Shown piece after piece: positions 8,504 to 16,810 of a stretch of DNA of 24,000 bases. The notes under the pieces were generated by a model. The model was given only the letters and a program-made list of their open reading frames with translations. It ran no database searches and had not been told where the DNA came from. Made by a program: the position numbers and the translations under genes. The stretch is from Youngiibacter fragilis 232.1. Lineage in GTDB: Bacteria; Bacillota; Clostridia; Clostridiales; Clostridiaceae. Within the stretch, counting starts at the first letter, position 1. The number at the start of each line of letters is the position of its first letter. The stretch spans positions 2,828-26,827 of the forward strand of contig NZ_AXUN02000113.1 of assembly GCF_000495435.3 (NCBI RefSeq), in the 5' to 3' direction.

Positions 8504-10024
8504 ATGAAAAAAGACCTTGAAACACTGATCCAGCAGGCACAGCAGATTGCTGCAAATTCCGCACTTACCCACGAGCAGGCTACAAACAGCCTTGCTTCAC
8601 TTCCTGGACAGTTTGCGAACGTGTTCGATTTTCCTGAAGGATTCGAGGAAATGCTCGAAGAGGGACTGCTCTGCAACCTTAGTGAAGGATTTTTGCCATA
8701 TGCCCCGAGATACATACTGCCTGATTACCAGAAGCTGATGGATGAAGGCTGCCAGTTCCTTAGGCTGAAGCCGCCGACGACACTTTCTGAAGCCATACTG
8801 ACACTTGAGATATTCTACAGGCATGTGCCGTCAGTGACCCATTATCCGGTTTACCTTGGCAGGGTTGACAAGATGCTTGAGCCCTTCATAGACGGTGTAA
8901 GCGAAGAAGAGGCTAGGCGTGAGATAAAGAACTTCCTGTTCTTCCTTTCAAGGAGCATTCCTGATTCGTACTGCCACATGAACATAGGGCCTGAAGAGAC
9001 AAAGGCCGGCAACTACATACTGGATGCCGAGATGGAGCTTCAGGAAGCCATCCCTTCGATCACCATGCTTTACGATGAAAAGGTAACCTCCGATGATTTC
9101 TCAGAGAAGGCACTGAGCTGCGCGCAGCTTTGCGCAAAGCCAAGCTTTGCCAACTACAACGATTATCAGGAAGCCAATCCTTTCCCGATAGGAATCGCAA
9201 GCTGCTACAACGCACTGCCTCTTGCTGGAGGAGCGTTTACGCTCTCAAGGGTTATGATCAGCAGGATTGCTGACAAGGTCAATAACAGCGATGAATTCTT
9301 CGAGTTCCTTCCAAAGGCTGTGAACACTCTTTGCACATTTATGGACGAGAAGATCAGGTACCTTGTGGAGGACAGCCATTTCTTCACCACGAACTTCCTC
9401 GTGAAGGAAGGCTTCATAAAGCTTGAGAACTTCACAGGCATGGTTGGAATAGTTGGCCTGAACGAGTGCGTGAATACGCTCCTTGCAAAGGATGGAATTG
9501 ATGGAAGGTATGCCCAGTGCAAGGAAGCAGATGATCTGTCGCACAGGATACTTGCTGCAATGAACCAGCATTTGAATTCATATGAATCAAAATACTGCGA
9601 TGTTACAGGGAACCACTTCCTTCTTCATGCTCAGGTAGGGATAGCGGAGGACATCGGCATCACCCCGGGAATCCGCATAGCAATCGGCGAGGAGCCGGAC
9701 CTCTATACTCACCTCAAGCATGAAAACAAGTTCCAGAAGTACTTTCCGAGCGGAGTCGGTGACATATTCCCCTTTGATGAGACTGCAAAGAACAACGTGG
9801 GAGCCATACTTGACATAGTAAAGGGAAGCTTTTCACAAGGAATGCGTTATTTCTCAACCTACTCCGATACCTGCGACGTTGTAAGGGTAACAGGCTACCT
9901 TGTAAAGAAGTCTGACATAGAGAAGCTTTCAAGGGGCGAGGCAGTAGGACAGGCCAATGCCACATGGGGATACCTGGCATCGAAGAACCAGCATGCCCTT
10001 GAGCGCAAGGTAGAGTCCCTATGA
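8504..10024 (+). CDS. yjjI: YjjI-family glycyl radical enzyme (function unknown)
   Basis: About 506 aa, short for a glycyl radical enzyme (GRE). C-terminal glycyl-radical fingerprint VVRVTGYLV, with the Gly codon at 9893-9895. Candidate Cys loop GIASCYNALPLAGG, with the Cys codon at 9203-9205. ATGA overlap with a dedicated activase. The ATG at 8504 has a GGAGG 5 nt upstream; the ORF-track start at 8492 has none. Confidence 0.75.
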   Translation: MKKDLETLIQQAQQIAANSALTHEQATNSLASLPGQFANVFDFPEGFEEMLEEGLLCNLSEGFLPYAPRYILPDYQKLMDEGCQFLRLKPPTTLSEAILTLEIFYRHVPSVTHYPVYLGRVDKMLEPFIDGVSEEEARREIKNFLFFLSRSIPDSYCHMNIGPEETKAGNYILDAEMELQEAIPSITMLYDEKVTSDDFSEKALSCAQLCAKPSFANYNDYQEANPFPIGIASCYNALPLAGGAFTLSRVMISRIADKVNNSDEFFEFLPKAVNTLCTFMDEKIRYLVEDSHFFTTNFLVKEGFIKLENFTGMVGIVGLNECVNTLLAKDGIDGRYAQCKEADDLSHRILAAMNQHLNSYESKYCDVTGNHFLLHAQVGIAEDIGITPGIRIAIGEEPDLYTHLKHENKFQKYFPSGVGDIFPFDETAKNNVGAILDIVKGSFSQGMRYFSTYSDTCDVVRVTGYLVKKSDIEKLSRGEAVGQANATWGYLASKNQHALERKVESL

Positions 10025-10860
10025 AAGCCCCTGTCAACCACATCATAGACTCAAGCTTCATAGACGGTCCTGGAAACAGGACGGTGATATTCTTCCAGGG
10101 CTGCAACTTCAACTGCAAGTATTGCCACAATCCGGAGACAATAAACCTATGCATCAATTGCGGCCTTTGCGTACCGGGATGCCCTTCGGGAGCACTTGAG
10201 ATGGTTGAAGGCAAGGTTGAATGGGATGAAAAAAGGTGCACTGATTGCGGGGCATGCTACAAGAACTGCCCTTACTCGGCGACACCCAGAGTGAAGGAAA
10301 TGACGGTTGAAGGTGTAATGGAGAGGGTGAAGGCAAATATGCCATTCATCAGGGGGATCACAGTTTCCGGAGGTGAGTGCTCCCTTCAAAGGGATTTTGT
10401 TGTGGAACTCTTCAGGCAGGCTAAGGCGATTGGCTTGGGCACACTCATGGACAGCAACGGGGGACTTCCAATAGCCTTCGATGAGGAACTAATGTCTGTG
10501 ACAGACGGTGTGATGCTGGATATAAAGGGGACTGACCAACTCTTCCATATGGAGCTTACCGGCCGAAGCAATGACATGGTACTTAACAATGCCGTGGAAC
10601 TGGCAAGGCTGGGGAAGCTCACAGAGATAAGGACAGTGGTGCTGCCGGACAATCCGTTCAGCCGTCTCACAGTTGTAAATGCAGGAAATATCCTGGAACC
10701 ATTCCTCAGATGCAGCAAGGTTACCTACAGGCTCATAAAGTTCAGACCAATCGGTGTCAGGGGAGAGGCTCTGACCTGGAAAATGCCGGGACAGGCCCAG
10801 ATGGAGGAGCTCAAGTCACTTGTGGAGGACAAGGGATTCCACAGGGTCATCATAACCTGA
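10021..10860 (+). CDS. yjjW: YjjW-type glycyl radical enzyme activase (radical SAM with two extra ferredoxin-like 4Fe-4S motifs)
   Basis: CNFNCKYC (CX3CX2C, 10102-10125), then CINCGLCVPGC and CTDCGACYKNC, then GITVSGGEC (SAM-binding GGE). 279 aa. The start overlaps the yjjI stop. Confidence 0.85.
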   Translation: MKAPVNHIIDSSFIDGPGNRTVIFFQGCNFNCKYCHNPETINLCINCGLCVPGCPSGALEMVEGKVEWDEKRCTDCGACYKNCPYSATPRVKEMTVEGVMERVKANMPFIRGITVSGGECSLQRDFVVELFRQAKAIGLGTLMDSNGGLPIAFDEELMSVTDGVMLDIKGTDQLFHMELTGRSNDMVLNNAVELARLGKLTEIRTVVLPDNPFSRLTVVNAGNILEPFLRCSKVTYRLIKFRPIGVRGEALTWKMPGQAQMEELKSLVEDKGFHRVIIT

Positions 10861-10904
10861 CCCCATGTTGAATCTAGGGTAGCAAGACTTATAAAAAATA
10901 AATG

Positions 10905-10950
10905 GCACTGTCACAGAAGGCTCATGACCTCTGGACAGTGCTTTTCTTTT
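10905..10950. terminator. Rho-independent terminator between the convergent yjjW and crp-like genes (probably bidirectional)
   Basis: GCACTGTC...GACAGTGC outer stem (10905-10912 / 10934-10941) with an inner CAGA-GG/CC-TCTG extension. CTTTTCTTTT follows it and an A-run (ATAAAAAATAAA) precedes it. Confidence 0.7.
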
Positions 10951-10963
10951 CCTTGATGAAAAA

Positions 10964-11686
10964 TCAGCCAAATCCATGCTCTTTAGTGTAAGAATCATAC
11001 CTGTCCCTGAGCCTCTGGAATGCGGAGCCTGTGACGACTATCTTGCCATGGCTTCTCTTAATAAGGCCTTCTTCCTCAAGCTGTTCGAGTTGGCGGTAAA
11101 GGGTGCGGCTGCTTATGTTCATAAGCTCTGCGATTTCAGCCTTGTTTGCCTCGATCACATGAGGAAGTAGCTTTCCGGAGCAATTCTCGAACAGGAAGAT
11201 TATCAGGTTCTCATATGGTGTGTTAAGGGTAAGCTGGTCGGTCCTATCAAGCATCCTGGCTGTGAACCTTGCAAGAAATGACAAGGCTGCCAGTGCGATC
11301 TCATGGTTGTTCCTGATTGCACGGAGAAAGAAGGCTGGGCGGATCACCGCGCAATGTGCGCGGGTTTCTGCCTGGAGTGTTACTCCATGCCCCTTTGTTC
11401 CTGTAAGGGACTCATAAAGGCCATAGATCTGGGGAGCCTCTGATATGCCGCTCCTTATGCTCATGCCGCCTGAGCTGTATTTGAAGACCGAAACCTGACC
11501 TTCGATAAGTACCATGAGTCTCTCAACCGGGGCGCCGATATAGGAGAGATATTCACCCTTCTCGAACCATATAAACTGAATGTCCTCATAGGCAACAGTA
11601 TTCAGGAAGGTTTTATCGAGTTTGACTTTGATGTCTCTGGACATTACGGCTTCAAGGAGCCTGGCCAGCTTCTCCTCATTTGTCAC
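10964..11686 (-). CDS. Crp/Fnr-family transcriptional regulator (cNMP-binding-like domain plus C-terminal HTH)
   Basis: 240 aa. C-terminal HTH KAEIAELMNISSRTLYRQLEQLEEEGLI. GTG start with an AGGAGG 8 nt upstream. Only two Cys (AHCAV, ENCSG), so there is no FNR-type Fe-S ligand set. Confidence 0.8.
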   Translation of the reverse strand: MTNEEKLARLLEAVMSRDIKVKLDKTFLNTVAYEDIQFIWFEKGEYLSYIGAPVERLMVLIEGQVSVFKYSSGGMSIRSGISEAPQIYGLYESLTGTKGHGVTLQAETRAHCAVIRPAFFLRAIRNNHEIALAALSFLARFTARMLDRTDQLTLNTPYENLIIFLFENCSGKLLPHVIEANKAEIAELMNISSRTLYRQLEQLEEEGLIKRSHGKIVVTGSAFQRLRDRYDSYTKEHGFG

Positions 11687-12016
11687 AGCTTACACCTCCT
11701 TCTGGATATGGAGCTTCAGCACCTGTTATAACCAGAGTATCATAAACCTAGTAAATTGACCACAGAGGTGATTTCCAGGGAAATTACATGCTCTCCTGAA
11801 GAGATGCACTGCCTGAACAGGGCTCTATAAAATCAGTAAAAGCTGGATGGCCAGAATTATAATGTAATATTATGATATCGGTTTAATTTCAATTCGAATA
11901 ATTATTTTGAAATATTCTTAAATATAAGGCCCAGCAAATGCATGAGTGTGTGTTTATCTATGGTACTGAAGGAATATCATAGGAATCTGAAGCAAAGAAA
12001 ATTTTAGGTTTTATCA

Positions 12017-12098
12017 TTGTTAATGTTTACATGTACAACAACGTGTGGTATATTTAACGCAAGTTGTTAAACAAGTTACTAAACATGTACAACAAACG
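12017..12098 (+). repeat. Imperfect direct repeat block: TTGTTAA...ACATGTACAACAA(A)CG occurs twice, overlapping the promoter and the 5' UTR (candidate operator pair)
   Basis: The exact 13-mer ACATGTACAACAA is at 12029-12041 and 12083-12095, 54 bp apart. TTGTTAA is at 12017 and 12064. An 11-bp palindrome TTGTTAAACAA is at 12064-12074. Confidence 0.55.
12026..12054 (+). promoter_or_regulatory. Sigma-A type promoter for the second nucleoside ABC operon (extended -10)
   Basis: TTTACA (12026-12031), a 17-bp spacer, then TGgTATATT (TG at 12046-12047, -10 at 12049-12054). It lies about 60 bp upstream of the lipoprotein start, in an AT-rich intergenic region. Confidence 0.6.
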
Positions 12099-12115
12099 AC
12101 AGGGGGAAAATAAAC

Positions 12116-13210
12116 ATGAAGAAAACGATTGCCATCCTTGGTACATTGCTGCTGTCCGCCTCAATTTTAGCAGGCTGCGGAAGCTCAGCGCCAACAACTC
12201 CTACCGCAGGCCCCACCACACCGTCCCAGTCACAGACTGCAGCTCCAAAGGACTTCAAGGCAGGCATAATATTCACTGAAGCTGGCCTTGGAGGACAATC
12301 CTTCAATGACCTTGCATTCGAAGGAGTCAAGAAGGCTGCCGCTGACCTTGGCATCAAATATGACTATGTTGAGCCGAAGTCAGTTTCTGACGAGGCGATC
12401 GTACAGGAAGACATGGCCTCATCAGGTGAGTATGACATAATCATATGCGTGGGCGCTGAACAGATCGATGCACTTAAGATGGTGGCTGCAAACTATCCTG
12501 AGCAGAAGTTTGCACTTATAGACGCCAATCTTGAACTGCCGAACGTCGCATGCTATACGAGCAAAGAGCAGGAAGGTTCTTTCATGGCTGGAGCACTCGC
12601 TGCACTCATAAAGCAGGAGAAGGCAACAGACAAGGTTGGAGATGGAAAGACAGTCGGTGTCATGGTTGGAGTGAATAATCCGCTTCTTAACAGATTTGTT
12701 GCAGGCTATACTGCAGGTGCCAAGTACATCAACCCTGAGCTTGAAGTGCTTGTTGACTATGTCGGAGGCTTCGGAGACCCAACTACTGCAAAGAACATAG
12801 CCACTACCTTCAATTCGAAGGGTGCTGATGTAATATTCCATGCTGCAGGAGCTTCAGGAATGGGACTCTTCCAGGCAGCACAGGAAAAGGGGTTCGTTGC
12901 TATCGGTGTCAACCTCAACCAGAATGGTGTCGCTCCTGACAACATAGTTGCCAGCATGATGAAGAGGGTAGACTCCAGTGCATATAATGCAATTGAAACC
13001 ACTCTGAACGGGGAATTCAAGGCCGGGCTCAAGGTTATGGGACTTGCTGATGAAGGCGTAGGCCTCAATATGGAAGGAAGCAACATAAAGCTGCCTGAAA
13101 GCGTGACAAAGAAGCTTGATGAGATCAAAGAGCTTGTGGTTTCAGGGAAACTGGTTATACCAGCTGCGATCGAAGAGGTCAATCCATTCCTGGAAGCGAA
13201 CAAGAAATAA
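12116..13210 (+). CDS. BMP-family ABC transporter substrate-binding lipoprotein (PnrA/NupN/Med-like, nucleoside-binding)
   Basis: Signal peptide with lipobox ILAGC (Cys codon 12176-12178) and a Thr/Pro-rich linker. BMP-family body (AGIIFTEAGLGGQSFND, GVNNPLLNRFVAGY). GGGGG RBS. Confidence 0.9.
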   Translation: MKKTIAILGTLLLSASILAGCGSSAPTTPTAGPTTPSQSQTAAPKDFKAGIIFTEAGLGGQSFNDLAFEGVKKAAADLGIKYDYVEPKSVSDEAIVQEDMASSGEYDIIICVGAEQIDALKMVAANYPEQKFALIDANLELPNVACYTSKEQEGSFMAGALAALIKQEKATDKVGDGKTVGVMVGVNNPLLNRFVAGYTAGAKYINPELEVLVDYVGGFGDPTTAKNIATTFNSKGADVIFHAAGASGMGLFQAAQEKGFVAIGVNLNQNGVAPDNIVASMMKRVDSSAYNAIETTLNGEFKAGLKVMGLADEGVGLNMEGSNIKLPESVTKKLDEIKELVVSGKLVIPAAIEEVNPFLEANKK

Positions 13211-13337
13211 TCTGACAATACTGATGGGCGGTTTGGGCTCCGGAGTGTTCTGCTGGCTGCAGGATAATTGAGGATATCCCGTACCGCCTGTTTCTGAATT
13301 AAGGCAGCCATACTATACCAAGAACGGAGGGAAACTG

Positions 13338-14843
13338 ATGCCGATAATTGACATGAGGCAGATAACGAAGCGTTTTCCGGGTGTTGTCGCAAACGACAAG
13401 GTGGATTTTCAGGTAGAAAAGCAGGAGATACATTGCCTTCTGGGTGAGAACGGATCCGGAAAGACTACGCTTATGAATGTGCTCTTTGGCCTGTACCATC
13501 CGGAAGAGGGAGAAATATACGTAAAGGGAGAGAAGGTGCGCATAAGCAATCCCAATGATGCCTACAAGCTGGGCATAGGAATGGTGCACCAGCACTTCAT
13601 GCTGGTAAACCAGATGACTGTGCTTGAAAACATCATTCTGGGCAATGAGTGCGGGAGCTTCTTCCTGGACAGGAAAGAGAGCGAAGCTGCGGTCAGGGAC
13701 CTGATTACGAGGTTCAACTTCAAGCTTGACCTCAACCAGAAGATAGCTGACCTTTCAGTCGGAATGAAGCAGAGGGTTGAAATCGTGAAGACCCTTTATC
13801 GCGGGGCCGATATAATCATCCTTGATGAGCCCACTGCGGTCCTTACTCCTCAGGAGGTGGCAGACCTTTTTGTCATTCTCCATCAGCTGCGCAGAGATGG
13901 TAAAACTATCATATTCATAACCCACAAGCTTAATGAGACCATGGAGATGTCTGACAGCGTGACAGTCCTCAGGAAGGGTGTCAAGGTTGCCGACCTGAAG
14001 ACCAGGGATGTGAATCAGAACGACCTTGCGGCACACATGGTGGGCAGACAGGTTGAGCATATTGTGAGTGACAGTGTGGAAAGCTATGGTGAGGTTGTGC
14101 TTTCGATAAAGGACCTGGTCTTGAATGACAAGACAAGGATTCCTGTGAACCTTTCTGTCCGCGCAGGAGAGATCCTTGGCATAGCAGGGGTAGAAGGCAA
14201 CGGACAGCAGGAGCTTGAGGAGCTTATCATTGGAACCATGCCGGTGCGTTCCGGTAAAATCGAGATCAACGGGCAGGACATTACCAGCAAGCCTGTAAAG
14301 GACAGGAAGGACCTTGGTATAGGCTACATTCCAGCGGACAGGCACAAGAACGCCATCCTCAGCAACTTCTCAATAATTGAGAATTACCTGCTCGGTTACC
14401 ACAAGGACAAGGACTATATAAAGAATGGATTCATAGACTTCAGGAAGCTGGAGAGCGACGCTGACAGGTTCGTCACGGAATTCAATGCGAAGGTTGCCGA
14501 CATCGGAGACCCCATTTCTTCACTCTCCGGAGGAAACCAGCAGAAGATTGTCTTAAGTCGTGAGGTAAGCCATGATCCTATACTGGTTATTGCTGCACAA
14601 CCTGTGAGAGGGCTTGACATAGGCGCCATCGAGTTCATACATAAGACGCTTCTGAGACTGAGGCATGAGAAGAAGGCAATCCTGCTCATATCTGCAGAGC
14701 TTTCGGAGGTAATGAACCTTTCTGACAGGATAGCGGTACTTTATGAAGGCCAGGTAAGCGCAGAATTCCCAAGAGGCAAGTACAACCAGGAGCAGATCGG
14801 ACTGTTCATGGCAGGAAGAACAGAGAAGGAGGTTGAAGTATGA
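13338..14843 (+). CDS. ABC transporter ATP-binding protein with two fused ATPase domains
   Basis: Walker A GENGSGKTT, signature LSVGMKQR, Walker B IIILDEPT, and a second-domain signature LSGGNQQK. 501 aa. GGAGGG RBS. Confidence 0.92.
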   Translation: MPIIDMRQITKRFPGVVANDKVDFQVEKQEIHCLLGENGSGKTTLMNVLFGLYHPEEGEIYVKGEKVRISNPNDAYKLGIGMVHQHFMLVNQMTVLENIILGNECGSFFLDRKESEAAVRDLITRFNFKLDLNQKIADLSVGMKQRVEIVKTLYRGADIIILDEPTAVLTPQEVADLFVILHQLRRDGKTIIFITHKLNETMEMSDSVTVLRKGVKVADLKTRDVNQNDLAAHMVGRQVEHIVSDSVESYGEVVLSIKDLVLNDKTRIPVNLSVRAGEILGIAGVEGNGQQELEELIIGTMPVRSGKIEINGQDITSKPVKDRKDLGIGYIPADRHKNAILSNFSIIENYLLGYHKDKDYIKNGFIDFRKLESDADRFVTEFNAKVADIGDPISSLSGGNQQKIVLSREVSHDPILVIAAQPVRGLDIGAIEFIHKTLLRLRHEKKAILLISAELSEVMNLSDRIAVLYEGQVSAEFPRGKYNQEQIGLFMAGRTEKEVEV

Positions 14844-15898
14844 GCGAAACAGCAAAAAAACGGTCTAAACTGAAGGCACTGTCAGCACTTGGAGATTTCG
14901 GAAGCTCACTGCTCAGCGTCTCCATAGCGCTGGTACTTGGAGCCGTTATCATTCTGGTAATCGGGGAGGATCCCATAGAGGCATATACCGCACTACTTCA
15001 GGGTGCGCTCGGTAACGCAAGGAGCATAGCAAACACCTTCAGCAAGAGCATACCTCTTGCATTCACCGGCCTGGCTGTGGCAATGGCCAACAGGGGAGGT
15101 ATGCTGAACATCGGAGCTGAAGGTCAGCTTCACGCAGGTGCCATGGCATCAGTGCTGGTTGCACTGGCTCTGCCAGGACTACCTGTGGCTGTCCTTCTGC
15201 CTCTCTGCATAATTACAGGAGTTGCTGCTGGAATGCTTGTCGGATTTATCCCGGGATACTTCAAGGCAAAGAAGCAGACAAGCGAGGTAATAGTGGCAAT
15301 AATGCTGAACTATATCGTGACTCTCTTCATGTCATTCCTCGTCAATGGACCGTTCAAGGCTGAGGGTTCCGTATCGCAGACAAATGCGATATCCGAGGGC
15401 CTGATGCTTACGAAGCTTGTCGGGAATTCACAGTTAACCACTGCCCTGTTCATACTCCTTGCGGTTGCGGCAGCCCAATATATCTTCCTTTGGAAGAGCG
15501 CTGCGGGCTTCCAGCTTAGGGCTGTGGGAAGCAATCCTTCGGCATCAGTATCTGCGGGAATGAATGCAAAGAAACTGATGATATTCGCAATGGCACTGAG
15601 CGGAGGCATAGCTTCACTTGCAGGAGTGACCGAGGTCATGGGTAAGTACGGGAGATACATCGAAGGGTTTTCACCCTCCTTCGGATTCACTGGTATAGCC
15701 GTGGCTATACTCGGAAGGAATCATCCCGGTGGTGTGCTCCTGACATCACTGCTTTTCGGAATACTTGATACCGGAGCGCTCAGGATGGGAAGGGTCACCA
15801 ATGTCTCTGCCAACATAATTGTAGTGATGCAGAGCCTTGTAATACTTCTTGTTTCAGCACCTGAAATCGCGAAACTGATAAGAAGGAGGAGTCGATGA
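14840..15898 (+). CDS. ABC transporter permease (NupP/YufP-like)
   Basis: 352-aa hydrophobic protein with NIGAEGQ and GFTGIAVA. ATGA overlap with the ATPase stop. Paralog of 273-1325. Confidence 0.9.
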   Translation: MSETAKKRSKLKALSALGDFGSSLLSVSIALVLGAVIILVIGEDPIEAYTALLQGALGNARSIANTFSKSIPLAFTGLAVAMANRGGMLNIGAEGQLHAGAMASVLVALALPGLPVAVLLPLCIITGVAAGMLVGFIPGYFKAKKQTSEVIVAIMLNYIVTLFMSFLVNGPFKAEGSVSQTNAISEGLMLTKLVGNSQLTTALFILLAVAAAQYIFLWKSAAGFQLRAVGSNPSASVSAGMNAKKLMIFAMALSGGIASLAGVTEVMGKYGRYIEGFSPSFGFTGIAVAILGRNHPGGVLLTSLLFGILDTGALRMGRVTNVSANIIVVMQSLVILLVSAPEIAKLIRRRSR

Positions 15899-15899
15899 A

Positions 15900-16805
15900 A
15901 TGGAACTTTTCTCTAGGATGATAACATTGACACTGCAGCTTTCAGTTCCGCTTGTACTCGGCGCCATGTGCGGCACCATTGCGGAAAGGGGAGGAATAAT
16001 ACTTCTCGGTGTCGAAGGCCTCATGCTTCTCGGTGCATTTACAGGAGTCCTTGGTTCGCACCTTTCCGGAAACGCATATGTCGGACTCCTGTTTTCAATA
16101 GTTGGCGGCGGAATATTCGGATACCTGTACACCCTGTTCTGCCTTAAGCTCAAGGCACACCAGTCTGTTGTAGGTGTTGGAGTCAATATGTTCGCCAGCG
16201 GAATAACCGCCGTGCTGCTGAAGGTTTTCTGGAACAGGGAAGGCATGAGCGATCCTGTTGCCTCCATACCGAATGTGACGGTCCCAGTGATTTCGGAGAT
16301 ACCGGTTATTGGCATGCTGTTCAAGGATCAGTCCCCTTACCTGTACCTCATGATACTTATAGTCGCGACTGTATGGGTGGTATTTTACCGAACCAAGGTC
16401 GGCCTGAGATATAGGGCCATCGGAGAGCAGCCGTTCGCAGTGCAGACATCAGGAATCAATGTAAATAAGTACAGGTATGTAGCCATGGTCTTTGCAGGTG
16501 TAGTAGCCGGAGTAGGCGGTTCATTCCTGTCGCTTTCCCAGAACAACCTGTTCGTAATGGACATGACTGCAGGCAGGGGCTTCATGGGACTAGCGGCAAA
16601 TATTTTCGGAGGATGGAATCCAATAGGGTCTTTCCTTGCAGGCATGGTATTCGCTGTGGCGCAGACAATCAGGTTCTACGCCTCTGATATCAAGATCCCT
16701 ATCCAGTTCATTCAGATGATGCCATATCTCCTGACTCTCTTCATATTGCTGTTTGTCGGCAAGAAGGCAAAGGGTCCGGAAGCTCTGGGCAAGCTGGTAA
16801 AGTGA
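15900..16805 (+). CDS. ABC transporter permease (NupQ/YufQ-like)
   Basis: 301-aa hydrophobic protein with GRGFMGLAANIFGG. It starts 2 nt after the previous stop. Paralog of 1330-2241. Confidence 0.9.
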   Translation: MELFSRMITLTLQLSVPLVLGAMCGTIAERGGIILLGVEGLMLLGAFTGVLGSHLSGNAYVGLLFSIVGGGIFGYLYTLFCLKLKAHQSVVGVGVNMFASGITAVLLKVFWNREGMSDPVASIPNVTVPVISEIPVIGMLFKDQSPYLYLMILIVATVWVVFYRTKVGLRYRAIGEQPFAVQTSGINVNKYRYVAMVFAGVVAGVGGSFLSLSQNNLFVMDMTAGRGFMGLAANIFGGWNPIGSFLAGMVFAVAQTIRFYASDIKIPIQFIQMMPYLLTLFILLFVGKKAKGPEALGKLVK

Positions 16806-16810
16806 TGATA

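Noticed and set aside
11886-11913. Inverted repeat ATTTCAA-N14-TTGAAAT in the AT-rich intergenic region
   Set aside because: A 7-bp AT-only repeat is expected by chance in such AT-rich sequence. The spacing does not match known Crp/Fnr or GntR operator geometries.
13211-13337. 127-bp gap after the lipoprotein gene with GGCGGT...ACCGCC complementarity
   Set aside because: The arms are 6 bp and about 50 nt apart with no T-run. This may be an intercistronic stabiliser, common after binding-protein genes, but it is not demonstrable by eye.
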